A stretch of DNA of 64,000 bases, taken from assembly GCA_029953675.1 (NCBI GenBank), contig JAMWBK010000007.1, positions 1,364,001-1,428,000 of the forward strand, given 5' to 3'. This document shows, in pieces, positions 42,650 through 55,500 of the stretch; positions within the stretch are counted from its first letter, which is position 1; each line of letters opens with the position of its first letter. The DNA is from Rhodosorus marinus CCMP1338. Its lineage: Eukaryota; Plantae; Rhodophyta. The translations under genes were made by a program, and so were the position numbers. The notes below the pieces were generated by a model. The model made no database searches and was not told the origin of the DNA. It saw nothing but the letters and a program-made list of their open reading frames with translations.

Positions 42650-45600
42650 ACCCTAAACGAACCCTCGATTCCACAAGAATCAAATATCCTTCCCACTTTT
42701 CCGATTGCTGCGTGACCCCTTCTCCGGTCAACTCTAGTAGAATAATTCTTGATCCACGCTCTTTCAATTCGTCCACAGTCTACTTGTGCTCAATGAGCTG
42801 CGAAACATTGACAGCACTGAAACCGATGAAGCAATCTCCCAGCACCAGATTCAGTCCATCCTTAAGTACACTACCGCCTGCCGCCTCCACTCATACTCCC
42901 TCGATCTTACAGGAAAACTCACCGAGTCGAATTTTTCTGGTAGCAATCAAAAAAATTTCTTTGTTCTCATCCTCCTCCCTTGCTAAACAACATCCACTCC
43001 TGCAGATCGTTTGCCAAACCTCTTCCAGGTCACCCTGACACAGCGTACCTCACCAATAAAAGGACCCAGTAACAAACGCTAACGCAAATTCTAATCAAAT
43101 AGAAGAAAACACGAAAGAATAATATGCACAGCGAGGACTATGCCCTCCACGCCAAGCCGCCGAGTTTCCCGCATCCAAATGTCCCTTGCAGTTTCGAACT
43201 CCTTCGTCGTAGGAAAGAGACCACAATCCCTCAACCGGCCCTCGACTGTCAAGCTGAAGTTTAGACTGCTCTCCTTCCTTGCCCCCAGCATTGATTGCTT
43301 AAACAAATCTAAACAGGAACGGAAAATATCTTAATTAAGATAAAAACAGCCCTCACAGTCATGGTTTAGAGAATGCATGGACAAATATATGAACTTTCTC
43401 GTCTATTCCACACCTTCTAGCGCTGTCAATGTGGTGTGCTTTCGCCCCTTTTTCCAAAGAATTGTTCCATCTAATTATTTTCATTTTTCAGTTCATCTTT
43501 TGGTACTTCCTGGCGTCAGCAGGATCTTGTTTTCCGTTGGAAAAGGACTCTTCGTCGGCTAGAATATTTAAGAAGAAACCTCTTTTAAACAAAAACGTCT
43601 AGATAGAAACTTACTATACATATACTGGAAAGAATGATGAGATGGAGTAAACTATTCGACTATTTGATATTATCAAAAGTACACAGTGTATATTTTTAGA
43701 ATAGTTTGTTTAGAATTGGTATCAATTTCTTATTTATGTACAAGTATTTCTCAAATATTGTTATATTTAAGGTTGGCCCAACCTCAGATGAACCAAAAAT
43801 CCCACTTTTGAATTCAAGAGTCCCAAAAGTTCAATATGAACAAGCTGTAGATTCTATAAACAAAAACCCCAAGTGTTATCGGAAATTATCTCACTCACAA
43901 ATGCATCCTTTTCATTTTTCGCGATATATTCTTTGAAGGTAGTCGTATTTTGAAAGAATTTAAGTTGTCAAAAACATGAATTGGGAAGAAAACCCGGCCG
44001 TAAATCGCACAAGCTAAAAAGTTGCAAAACATGAATTCATGAAATGCTGACACTGCAATGGTCTTCAGGACCATTGCAGTGACGAAAAGTTTACACGTGC
44101 ACTTTAGAATATTGGTTCTGGATAGGAGAGAGGGGGTCTGGAAGGGCAAACAAACAAGGATTTTGCTTTGCCGGCTGTATATATAGGGTTTTTCAGTGGC
44201 CGACGGCTTTGTTTGCCTAGTAATATTTTTCTCAGGTTAGGCTCAAGTACCACCGGCGTGCTATTCGCTGGAGGGTTGTGTGAGCAGAACGTGATTACAA
44301 GGCTCGTCAAAGCCGTGGACAGGATTTGCCGCATCTACTCTATCGGGATGACCAATGTAGTTATGTGTGAGCTGGTGCGTAAGAATGGTCGTGGTTTTGC
44401 TTTTTCCGGAAAAGATTAGGTTCAAAAATAGCTCACGGGACCGATTAGCCGTGTCCTTGCCTGTCTCGGGACTCTCTACCCACGTGTTCTGCCTGTGTTA
44501 TTGATTCAAAGTTCAAGTGGAGAGCTTAGTCCTGGATGTGCTCCTGATTTCGTTTGAAGTACCTCATCAACTTAAAAAGTAGTTGCCCCTTGTTGGTCAG
44601 CCCGCCTTTCGCGATATCCAGGGAGAAACTGTCCGCGGCTCCTGGTAGCTGAATCGTCGTGCTCATATGTGCAGCTTTTTTTTTTCACTATCCAGAAATG
44701 CAGTCGAGAAATGAAGAAGCGGTAGTTAATTGGTTGGAGGAACATCAAGTCTGGATCTGCGTTCATCCAGAATGATCCCTTACTGCCCGAGAGTCATGTC
44801 GAACTCGAACGTGATTGTCCGGAGGTAAACTCTTCATTGTCTATTCTTGATAGAATTAGTCACTGACGGAGATGAGTAACCATTTGGGTTGAGGGACATT
44901 TTTCGCTCCCCGGTGACTTCCGTCCCTTATTAACTTGAGGTATCATATGCTTGTGATGGTCTGTGGTTGAGCTAGACGGAGATATCTGGTTGCCATAGTG
45001 TTGCTGGAAGGTACAGTTGCGGGGGTGTATCTATGCCCGCGAGGATGGCCGGCTATTCATCCAACCCAGATATAATAATGAATGAGAGGTCTTGGGTTTT
45101 TCCTTCAGTTCATTTGCGTGGATGGTCAAGTCTCGGATGGTTCAATACGGCCAAGAACTGTAATTCTTTCTTTTTTAAGAAAAACGTTTCCGAAATGAAA
45201 CATAAATCACCTGAAGGAGCAGATTGATTGAATTTTGATGTCTTAAGTTTTTGGATAATTCATGCAATTGTAGACAATTGCGATTGATTGGTTGTCTGAA
45301 CTCAACGAATGAGGATGTTTAATGAATAAGTAGGGGCAAGGGCATTGACTAGTGGTTCAACTACCGCAGCCTAAAGCGCCAAGACACATGCATTCATTAG
45401 CTTAGGGACACTTGACACAGGGGAAATCCCAGATCGACGTAAGCAACGGCCCTTCCGACCCGGCTCAATAACCGCACAAGAGAACAGAGCATGGCTGATC
45501 AAAACCGCTACCTAGCATGGCGATGTTGGAATATTCTAGCAGCATGCTAGAATGAATCCATCTCTACCGCCGCTTCGGCTTGCTCGCTTTAGTTCCTCGT

Positions 45601-45755
45601 AGCTAGTTTACATAGCTAAAACAAGGGGGGAAACTCCATTCGCAAACCGGCCAGTACAGCAAAAGTCAGATTATTGCCAAGTTCGACCACCCCAACTGGA
45701 TACAGAGTGAGGCTACATATACACGGTCCCCCTCCCCCCCCCCCCAACCAGCGGC

Positions 45756-47105
45756 CTAGATGTCGCTGCACGTGCCATTCATGAAGACGGCATATTTACC
45801 CGATTTACGGGTGTATAGTTGCCCAAAGACACCGACGAATTGAACCACCAATCGAGCGTAGCCTTGGGTCTTCGAGAGTGGCGGGCCGCTGATGAGGAAG
45901 GGGTAGTAGCCCAAATCCCCCGTCTTGGCTGTTGTGAACAATACATTCTTGATGGCGGACTTTCTGCCCTTCCCAACGAGTTCAACGTACACGGAAACTA
46001 GCACTGGTCCACCCGTCGAAATCTCCCCTATGAATCCGAACTGGTACGGACAGATAGCATTCATTTGCGAATGCATTGCGAAGAAGTTGTCGATTTTGAC
46101 ATATTCTTTCGTGATCCATGTTGGATACCTCGTCCATACAACGAGCTTCTTACCAACGTGCGCGTACCTGACAATGTTCACCTTCTTCTTCACCCAATCC
46201 GTGACTTCCGACAGCGTTGGGACTTCGTTAAGGCCGCTCGTATTTTTGGCTTTCTTGAAGTAGGACTGGGCAATCCACAACAAGAGACGATCGCTGATAC
46301 CTTTGCTGCTCGAGTTCTTGTACCACTCCTTCTTGAATTGTTTTTGGAGCGCCGCGAAGAGTGCACTCTCCAAATCTGCCTTTAAATCGTCCATCATCGC
46401 AGAAAAGTTGACGTTCGCTGTTATGAACAAGTCAGCACTCGGAGTCCATTCGACCTCAACCTTCGCGAGGTTTAGACGAGTTTTGTACGCAACGTTGGGA
46501 TGCGGCGCAATAGTGAGAAAGACTTTAATGACGAAGTCGCTGATGTGGCCTTTGTACTTCTGCTTGTCTTGTTCGCACGGCGAACCTTCACTGTAGCATC
46601 CAAATCTGAGCTCTACACCGTGCTCTTCCATATTGAATTCTAGGACCACCTGAGCGTTCGCGTCGTCATCACTACTATACGAAACACCGGCGTATATGCC
46701 TTGGCTCTTGATTTGGTTCAGGTACCCCACATAGTAGGTCTCAGGAGAGCCAAGGAATGCTGGGATATGCTGTGGAGCGGTCGAAGGCGTGTTGATCTTC
46801 ACCTTCGGCGCTTTGTGGAACATGAACGAGCTACCCTTCTCGTCCAGGAACTTCATGCTCGAATCTTGCCAATCGCCGTAATTGTGAAGCTTGATTTGTA
46901 TCCTTCGCAGCTTTTCGACGTCGACGGGAATCTTGTAGTGTGAGTAGCTCGCAGACCTCTGCTCATACGTTGGGATAAGTAATGGAGGAGGAGGGATGAG
47001 CAGGCTCCTTGTCGATAGTTTCTCCAAGCGATCATCTGCCCCTGAGGCCATCCCACCAATCACAGTCAGCGCTAGTATTGTCCAAACATAAACCGACCAC
47101 GCCAT
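45756..47105 (-). CDS. Secreted protein of unknown function (449 aa)
   Basis: ATG 47105. Hydrophobic N-terminus MAWSVYVWTILALTVIGGMASG. 1.35-kb uninterrupted ORF with globular beta-rich composition. No family recognised. Confidence 0.78.
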   Translation of the reverse strand: MAWSVYVWTILALTVIGGMASGADDRLEKLSTRSLLIPPPPLLIPTYEQRSASYSHYKIPVDVEKLRRIQIKLHNYGDWQDSSMKFLDEKGSSFMFHKAPKVKINTPSTAPQHIPAFLGSPETYYVGYLNQIKSQGIYAGVSYSSDDDANAQVVLEFNMEEHGVELRFGCYSEGSPCEQDKQKYKGHISDFVIKVFLTIAPHPNVAYKTRLNLAKVEVEWTPSADLFITANVNFSAMMDDLKADLESALFAALQKQFKKEWYKNSSSKGISDRLLLWIAQSYFKKAKNTSGLNEVPTLSEVTDWVKKKVNIVRYAHVGKKLVVWTRYPTWITKEYVKIDNFFAMHSQMNAICPYQFGFIGEISTGGPVLVSVYVELVGKGRKSAIKNVLFTTAKTGDLGYYPFLISGPPLSKTQGYARLVVQFVGVFGQLYTRKSGKYAVFMNGTCSDI

Positions 47106-47465
47106 CGCTCGCAACTACTTCAAGCAGACTTCCACTATGAATACGAACCAGGTTAATCGTTCTCCAAAGAGTTCCTGCCGGAGGTTGTAGATCCTGTGCT
47201 TATTCTGATTTCTTTATTTCTCCAACCAAGTACCTGCAACTCCCAACCCTTTGAATCCTCTTATATGTCCTCATCCAAGTCCGAACTCAGTCCGATTGCT
47301 GCTCAACTACCCTCACCACGGTGACCACGAAACATTCACAAATTAGTTGAATTTGTTCCCACCACTTGGCTCACCAGTTCTACTTAAAAAAGTTCCGCTG
47401 TCGTATATTTTTACAGAGATCTTACTCCGGTGAGGAAAACCGTCCTTCCGTTAATGGCATATGTT

Positions 47466-48082
47466 TAGGGTTGTCATAGAGCGTCCGATAAATTTTCTAC
47501 GGATATACTATTGCAAAACAGTAGAAACTTAATGAGTGTATGATTTAAATTCTTCCAAAAACCAGATCCGATTGCCCGTCAGATATACGAGTCTGATAGA
47601 AAATTGTCCGATATTCAATCAACGTTAGTCTCCTAATCAATCATCTCCGAACCAACCATTGAATCATGATTACCTCTTTCCTGAAGAAGCTCACACTCAG
47701 CAAATCATGAATTATGATATTTTCTCGGTATGTAAGCTCCCACTAACATGTAATGAATTATTAGTAATCTGTTACAACATGTTACTTCTGAATAGACAGG
47801 CTGTCATAGTGTTGGTTTCGGTGTCAAGGACAGGGATTAGAATAAGCGCATTCCGAAGGGAGCTTAAAATATGGGACGCTAACCCGGACGGTATCCGACT
47901 ATTTATCGGACGAATGCAACTTTATATATTTTTTATTCAGGTCCGATAAACCTATGTCGGACGGATATCTCCAGCAAATGCACTCCACTATTTCTAAATG
48001 CAAGTCCGTCAAACATTTATCGAACAGTCCATTTATTGGAGGCTATCAGGGGTTTTTTAATCGGACTGAGATGACAACCCTA
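47466..48082. mobile_element. MITE copy 2 (617 bp), hAT-like termini
   Basis: Perfect 12-bp TIR TAGGGTTGTCAT / ATGACAACCCTA. Flanks atatgtt / atatttt. Colinear with 22719-23293. Confidence 0.85.
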
Positions 48083-49070
48083 ATATTTTGTTTTGAAAAA
48101 CCTATTTTCACTAGTGGCTCTAGCCGAAAAAAAAAACACCGTGGCTAGAATTCATCAATACTTCATTGGCTATCATTTATCTCTTTACAACAAAATAATT
48201 ATATCATATGCAGATGATGGGTAAATTATAGAAATTTTGTCTACTTATCTTACTAAGTCTGCGTTCCGGTGAGGGATTAAAAATTGGAAAACTTGCGCCC
48301 TCGAGGAATTCACCGTTTTCTATTGGATAAGATAAACTGTATTTGTTGAATTTTTTAATCAATAGTTTTGTGCTAAATTTGGAAATTTTATGAGCCTACG
48401 TGCTGGCGGTTCTACGAGCTGTCGATGATCGGCAAGCGTTTGGAGACAAACGACCCTCGAGAAGGATTAGATATGAGCGGAGATTTCAGTGACAGCCATC
48501 TGTGAGCCTGGCATTGTCCCGCCACAGCTTGAGAGTCAAGTGATTGCGCAACCTGGAAAGAGCAGTTTTTTGTTTTGAGCACTCACAGAAGATGTCGCTT
48601 AGCCAAGCGGCTAGCCCATTAGACGACCGGAGCACTTGCTGACAGCAAATCCAATCGGTTTACGACAGCTTGGACTCGACTAGCAAGCACACTCAGCTCG
48701 ATGGCGTCCGCACTATAATACTTACATTGGCGTCCAGCGCCCGTGACCTCACCTTGCCACAACCTTACGGAGGCGGCAACACCTCGGTCTCGAACACTAC
48801 CAGGTGCTTCTCGTGTACCGGCTTTATCTTTGCGATAGAAACATATCAGCTCCAGGAGTCTCAGATCAGAATATGATGACGTGGTAGCGACAAGTACTTG
48901 TCAAGGCCGAAAGATCAACATGCGACCGGCTGTTCCAGCCACAAGAATTCAGATCCCATTCAATACTTCCAGTTTGTTTTATTCTGTTCCTTCGATATCT
49001 TCCATGGACCAGCTCATCCAAAGATGCTATTGGCGGTCTGTGAGGAAGAAATTATCATGCAAGCATCTGT

Positions 49071-49511
49071 CTAACAGTAAACGGAGTATCCGTAGACGCT
49101 GGGGCAGCAGTCGCCACACTTGTCGGGGCATAGAGCCCGTAAAAGGGGCTCAAAGCACTTCGCTGGTGGCAGCTTGGCGCAGATATCGGGATTAGAATCC
49201 TTGCACGGGCAGGCATTGCATGTCTTCTGGCACTTGAAACGAACGTCCGGATCAAAGCACTTCTCCATCGGCAGATTTGCACAGGTCTTCGAGCTATCTT
49301 CGCACGGTCTTGGTGGTGGGGATGGTGGAATCTGGGGCGGGCACAGACCACAGTACAACAGACACCTCTTTGCGAACCATGGTTTCTCACAGTAGATTTT
49401 TGGGCGCTTGGCGCAAGAGGACATGGAGTCCTCGCACGGCATCGGTGGAATCCCAATGTCACAAACAGCAAGCCCAATAAGGGCCAAAAGAGCTATTGCA
49501 AACACCTTCAT
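49071..49511 (-). CDS. Secreted protein with three ShKT (ShK toxin-like) domains (146 aa)
   Basis: MKVFAIALLALIGLAVC signal peptide. Three C-x6/7-C-x7-C-x8-C-x3-C-x2-C units (CEDSMSSC..CGLC, CEDSSKTC..CNAC, CKDSNPDIC..CGDC) with a Pro-rich linker. Confidence 0.88.
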   Translation of the reverse strand: MKVFAIALLALIGLAVCDIGIPPMPCEDSMSSCAKRPKIYCEKPWFAKRCLLYCGLCPPQIPPSPPPRPCEDSSKTCANLPMEKCFDPDVRFKCQKTCNACPCKDSNPDICAKLPPAKCFEPLLRALCPDKCGDCCPSVYGYSVYC

Positions 49512-52500
49512 GTCGATCAAGCTGCCTCAGTAGAAATACGAACTTTCTTGTGTCAAAAACTACAGATTCCTTCCCTTCTCTACTGTCACCTTCGAGAACC
49601 CCTTCGTCCACAGCATGTCTGCACCTTTTTATAGCAGTCAAACCAAGCATGAAGGACCCCCCGCCTCTCTACTCAATGCAAGGTTCCCAGACGAACGTTT
49701 GGTGATTCTGCAGATGTGTTCTAGACGTGTCTAACAATTCGCCGCATTGCGGGTATGGATTATCCCGTACGGATGTAGCCAGTTGCATGCCCACTGCACG
49801 CGCGTTGTTAGGAGGGATTGCAACGCTGAGTATCAACGGGAGGGCGGTATTGTTTTGTTGCCCGCCGGCCACCGCTCCCTCTCGAGCGTGGAAAACAAAG
49901 GATTTGCAAACCTACTAGAAGAAACTAAAGAACGCAATGCGTATATCAAAGAGGAATGAGGAGTCCTAAACGGAGCTATCATTTCAGGCAAATATGGGGA
50001 TATCAATCAATCTTCTCTGCTACTGTCGGCTCGGTGTTTCCGCAGGTATGTGGCACGTTGTCGTAAAATTCAACAGCCCGAATGGCTAAGCTTGTCAATG
50101 TCAGTCTTCTTTCACTTCCTTCCATACTAGAAATGCACGTGAAACAAACACTATCCTGCTCTCACAAAGTGAGACCGTTGTCTTGTTATTTCCAAAGCTC
50201 TTGTCTTCTGATAATCCGCCAACGAGATGAAGTCGGGCAAGCTCCTGTCATCCTCGGCCAATAAAGAACCTTTCCAATTCGTATCCAGTGAGCCTTGCAG
50301 GGCAATCAATAAAATCCTCCCCATGTGAAGTGTAGACTCTTACTTGAACTATTCTTGGCCCCTTCTAGACAACCTCGCCTTTCCCACCAGATAGCCCGAA
50401 GTTGCTCGCCTCTTTGATTATGTTGATTGAATATGAAATCAATATTACCCATCACGAGTCGTCTGAGAAGTATACCCGTAGCAGACCTGCACACGAACAA
50501 ATTTGCTTGTATTATGAAAGCAAATTGAGGCTTTTTTTAGTTTTAAGCCGTATGCCTAAGGGTACGAAATTTTCTAAGTAGTGCCTCCTACTTAGAAAAC
50601 TTAGATCTCAAGATGTGAGAGATAATTGGCCTATTTTTATATTTGTTTAGACAATATGAATGCTGGTTTGGTTTTTCAATCAGTGACTATTTCCATTGGA
50701 GTACATGAGTTCCGCTTTTTTTCTTTTTTCTTGGATCCAGTGGGCTGGTGGGTATGATAATTGGACGTTCGTGGCAGGATAATACGTTTGATTGGTTTAA
50801 CGCTTTTCTCACAGAGAATCTTAGAAATTCAAAATAAGTTCAATCAAATTGGAATCCTTAGAGACTTCAATTCGCGGATTATCAGATATGGTGAAAGCTT
50901 GTGCCCCTACACGTGCGATACATGGTATTCTAGTGAGTGGACACCCGACACTGCACTCACTAGAATACCAAATCAGAACGCAAGAATCGGATATCATAGC
51001 AAATTGCAACGACAGACTGTCAACTGCTGCATCACACGCGCAAGTGATTTTTGCATGGGAGCATCAGGTGACGGCAATTGCGGATTCCCGCCCGCCAGGA
51101 AAGGGGCGGAGGATAATGCACATTGTTGCGCCACCAAGAAGATAGCAGGAGACTCCGAACAAACTCTGCATCTCAACAATGGGAGCCCCAATTCAGCCCT
51201 TTTCAGTCTCCGCCGTGCGCTAATACATACTGGCATCTTATCGAGGGGACCGGATACTGTCTTCATAATTCGGAGACAAGTTGCCGGAGTGGTCTCAAGC
51301 TCCAGCCTCTTAGCTTCTTATTTCTGCCCTGCGCCGGCTGCGCAAGTCCTCCATCTAGAAATGCAGGCGGTTCGGATTACACCTGTACCTCCGCAGACTT
51401 AAAAACGCCCTGCTAAGGGAACCTTCCCAACTCCAACTGCTTTTCAAGGTAAGTCCTGGTAGCCACGCACCTTCCCAAGCAAAGGTTAATAAGCCGATTC
51501 TTATATTTACCCTTAGATTCTCCAAATACTGAAATAGTCCCCCTTAATATAATCGAATAAATATCTCGTTCTTAACGTTAAGAAAACCGTATCGTTGTTC
51601 ATGAGCCGATTCTGCCCAGTTCGAAAGGATCCACCCACGATACCATTCCCTGGCAGTGGTTGCCCCCCCCCCCCTCCCCTCCCCGTGGAGTAGACCGTGA
51701 AGACTCTTCGCGTTTAAGCGCCGACAAATTAATGGGGCTCTTCTCATTCTCGAATGCCTTGGGCACACCAGATATACATTAGCCAATAGAACCGACGAGA
51801 TGTGAACGTGGGAACAACAGAACAGAGTTGCAACCTGATCGGATTCAATCCTTGAGCCCGCCGATGGACCTCATCTCTTCTCTCGAGGGCCTCCGTATCC
51901 AGTTCGACGCAGATGCGGGACATCATGCAGGCCATGCTACCGTCAGGACGTTCGACACTACACTTGTTCTAATATGTTTGCAGAACGCCGGGGTATTGCA
52001 GCCGTACGATCGAGCCTGAGCATGAGTTCCGAGGACTAGCTGACGCTTAACTTCCACGCGACACATAGCATGGCGTTAGTCCGGGGTTAAGCGTTAACGA
52101 GTAGATCCGGTGACACACTATCGGATCCCCCGAAGCCCAACGTTTCAGTGAAATTTCGAGAATGGTAAAACTGCTCAATCCGCGGCAAAAGGCCTAACGC
52201 AGTTCGGGCAATGCGGGCTATACGACAGCGTCCTTTCGGGCTTGCATACTGTCTCGACGGTGCTTAGATAGCCGCTGCTGCGGTGCAAGGTAGGTCCGCC
52301 CGGGGCAAACAAACAAGAAAATCAACGTTCTCAGAGTGTCGTCCTCACGAAGCCCAGGCCTGCTCCGCCATGGATGCATTCTTGATAGTTGACCGCCCGC
52401 AGGTGTAAGGTGTCTATGGGGACGGCAAACAACTGAACGTTTTATCTCGAAAAACTATCATACATGACCTGAGATTGCTTCTTTGTGCTCTGCCCCCTCG

Positions 52501-52574
52501 ATCGTTAGAACCTTTGACTTGTGTTGCCCAAGGTGCCCTTAATAGGCTACGCTCTATCAACTATACGAGCCTAG

Positions 52575-55500
52575 CTATTGACCAACTGCAGAACTAACCG
52601 AGTTCAACCCCGATTGCGGGGGAGCAGCGTCAACAGATTCCAGGCTCGCGAGATCGCGGGGTTCTTCATCGGGCGCTTCACCCCGTAGCGAATTCGTTGG
52701 CTGAGCAGCCCCTTGATCGTTTGTCTCGTTTCCACTTCGCTCGCCAGACTCTCCCGGAGTCGGTAGCTCCGTACCTGACGCGGACAACGGCGTTTCGCCT
52801 TCGGGCAGCTTGCTAGACTGCTTCTTCGCGCTTGATCGTCGCTTCCTCTTCCTCCCAGATTCTTCCCTCAGAAGTTCGTCTATATCCATATGTTCACTGT
52901 ACAAAATGTTCTTCTTTCGCCTCCTACCGCGGCCATGAACCTCCTCTTCCACTTCAACCTTCTGTTCTTTCTCCTCCTCAGGTGCGAGTACCCAGGACGG
53001 GAGTTCATCCTCAGCTCGCATGAGGCTGCGCAGGATCCCACTCTCCTTTTCTTCCAGTTCACGCTCCCGGTCCATGGCCTGCATCACTTCCAGTTCCTCC
53101 ATGTTTCTAACCATCATCCGGTTTATGGCTTCGTCGTCGGGAATCGATTCCATGACCTCGTCTCCTTCGGGCTTTTTGCTAAGGATATAGTTACGTAACA
53201 GTTTCTGCCGTTCACGTTCTGTCGTCTTGTTGTTGAACTGGCCCGCTTGAATGATTTGCGCATCCATCTCAAGTTTTCGGTTTGCCTGCTCCAGAATCTT
53301 GTTCTCCACAGTATTTGAGCAAATTAACCGAAACACCCTTACTTCGCGAGTCTGGCCTATTCGATGCACCCTGTCCTGCGCCTGTAGGTCCATCATGGGG
53401 TTCCAATCGCTGTCGAAAATAATAACTGTATCTGCAGACTGCAAGTTTAGCCCAAGCCCTCCAGCCCTGGTCGATAACAGAAAACAGAAATACTCCGACC
53501 CTTCCGCATTGAACAGTTCCAGCATATCCTGCCTGTCCTCCGCCTTCGTCATGCCGTCCATTCGGAGAAATCGGAAGCCAGCTCTGGCGAGGAATACTTC
53601 CAGAATGTCAAGTGCGTGAGTCATTTGACTGAAGATCAGGGTCTTGTGGCCCGTCCTTAACAGTTTAGGGAGAATTCGGTCTAGCAGCTCGAACTTGCCG
53701 CTCGTCCGCACCAGGAACTCATCCGGAAGCGTGTCAATGATGTGGTAGTCGTAGAACAGGTACGGGTGGTTGCAAATTTTCTTCAGCTGCATCACAACGT
53801 TGTTAAAAGACCTCGTCTTTTCCTCGTCACCTGCGGAGACAGCTAGCCGGTTTTGAATCTGCCAGAGCAAAAGTGAAACGCCACGTTGATGAGTTCAGGG
53901 CTAACTCCATGTAGCCGTTATAATCCCGTCCGGCGGGAGCACGCGGATGACGAGTTTTTCTGCTACGTACTTGGCGGTATAGAACTTTTTGCCACACAGA
54001 TAATTCGCACGGAATGAGCCTTTCAATCTTCTCTGGAAGCTGGGATTCCACATCCGCCTTCAATCGCCGCAGCAAAAACGGTCTCAAGACCTGATGAAGT
54101 CTGTTGATGATCAAGAGCTGCTCCTCCCCGGTAACGTCCGGTTGGTCTCCCATGCTACTAGCCTGCCGCGTGATAAGATTGAAGGGGGGGGCTTGGGTTC
54201 AGGCTTCATACATTGTGGTCTAGAATCTTTGCGCCCAAATGCAAACTCCTGTGGCGAAGATGAACCTAGCACTTCTCCCAAACCAAAAACTCGCATTCGA
54301 CGGAGGCCAGTGCTTACCTGGAACGGTGAGCTGAACCATTGCTGGAAAGTCACGCTCGAGGAAAATATACTGGGTAGCAGAAAGTTCAGCAGAGCCCAGA
54401 GCTCAGTTAGATTGTTCTGGAGTGGCGTCCCAGTTAGCAGCAGCCTATTCCTTGTCTCGTAAGTGGACAACGTCAGGGCGAGTTTGCAATCGGCATTCTT
54501 CATCCGATGGCCCTCATCGACAATGATATACTTCCACTTCCACTTCGTTAAGATGCTCTTGTCCTTGATGACCATCTCGTATGTCGTGAGGATCACGCTG
54601 AAATCTGCCTGCGCCATTTCGTGCTGCTGAATTTGCTTCCTCGTGTTCCTGTCGCCGCGATAGACTACCTTCCTCGAAGAAGGAAGCCAAGCTTCAAGCT
54701 CCCTTACCTTTTCGGAAGAATGAGAAGGGAGGCAAGTCCTTAACAACCAACAGGTCTGCGCAGATATTGCGAGCAGATTTCCAATGCCCGGTGGAAGAGC
54801 ATAATCATGATTTAAACGAGATGAAGACCTTACCCAGTTGCTGACCGTTGCGAGAGGAACGACAATGAGAAACGGTCCATTGTTATCCTTAAACTCCTTC
54901 AGATAGGCCAGAAGGGAAATCGTCTGTATGGTCTTGCCCAGGCCCATCTCGTCCGCAAGAATACCGTTTAGGTTGTTATTGTACAATGAAACCAACCAAC
55001 CCAATCCCTCTAGTTGGTACGGCTTCAGACTTCCGCCAACGAGGCATGAAGGTTGCTTCACATCCTCGCGGACGGTATGTGTGAGAGAGTAGTACTCCTC
55101 ACGCCGCTTTCGCATGGCTTCTAAAGTGTTCGAAGCTGTTCGAGTGAACCGGAAAAAGAACCAAAAAAAGGTGGTGTGCGACGTTAAAGCTCTCTTTCAA
55201 CACAACGCGGTCATTCAAGTCCGGTCGTTGGCCAAGGAATCTCGATTGACGAAACAAACGACCCAATATGAAGCTTTGCCACTTACACCCGATGACCGAA
55301 TAGTCATCTACCATTGCCTCGTCGTGCGACGATGCTCTAGTCCGCTCCTCGCCAGGTGCAGGTCCAGCCCCTCCTTTTTGTTTCTCCACCTATGTCGAAA
55401 AGCAACGTTCCAGCAAGCTATCAACGTGAGCGTCTAGAAAGGCAGACTTCGGATGCACACTTTTGAACGGCTTACCTGGGCTCCAATCTCGCTGAGATAG

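Noticed and set aside
47622-47631. ACGTTAGTCT as another telomere-like motif copy
   Set aside because: Only 10 nt, inside the MITE and absent from the other MITE copy. Consistent with chance.
50761-51402. 213-aa plus-strand ORF
   Set aside because: TTG start, no domain or signal, and similar-length ORFs overlap in other frames. Not supportable.
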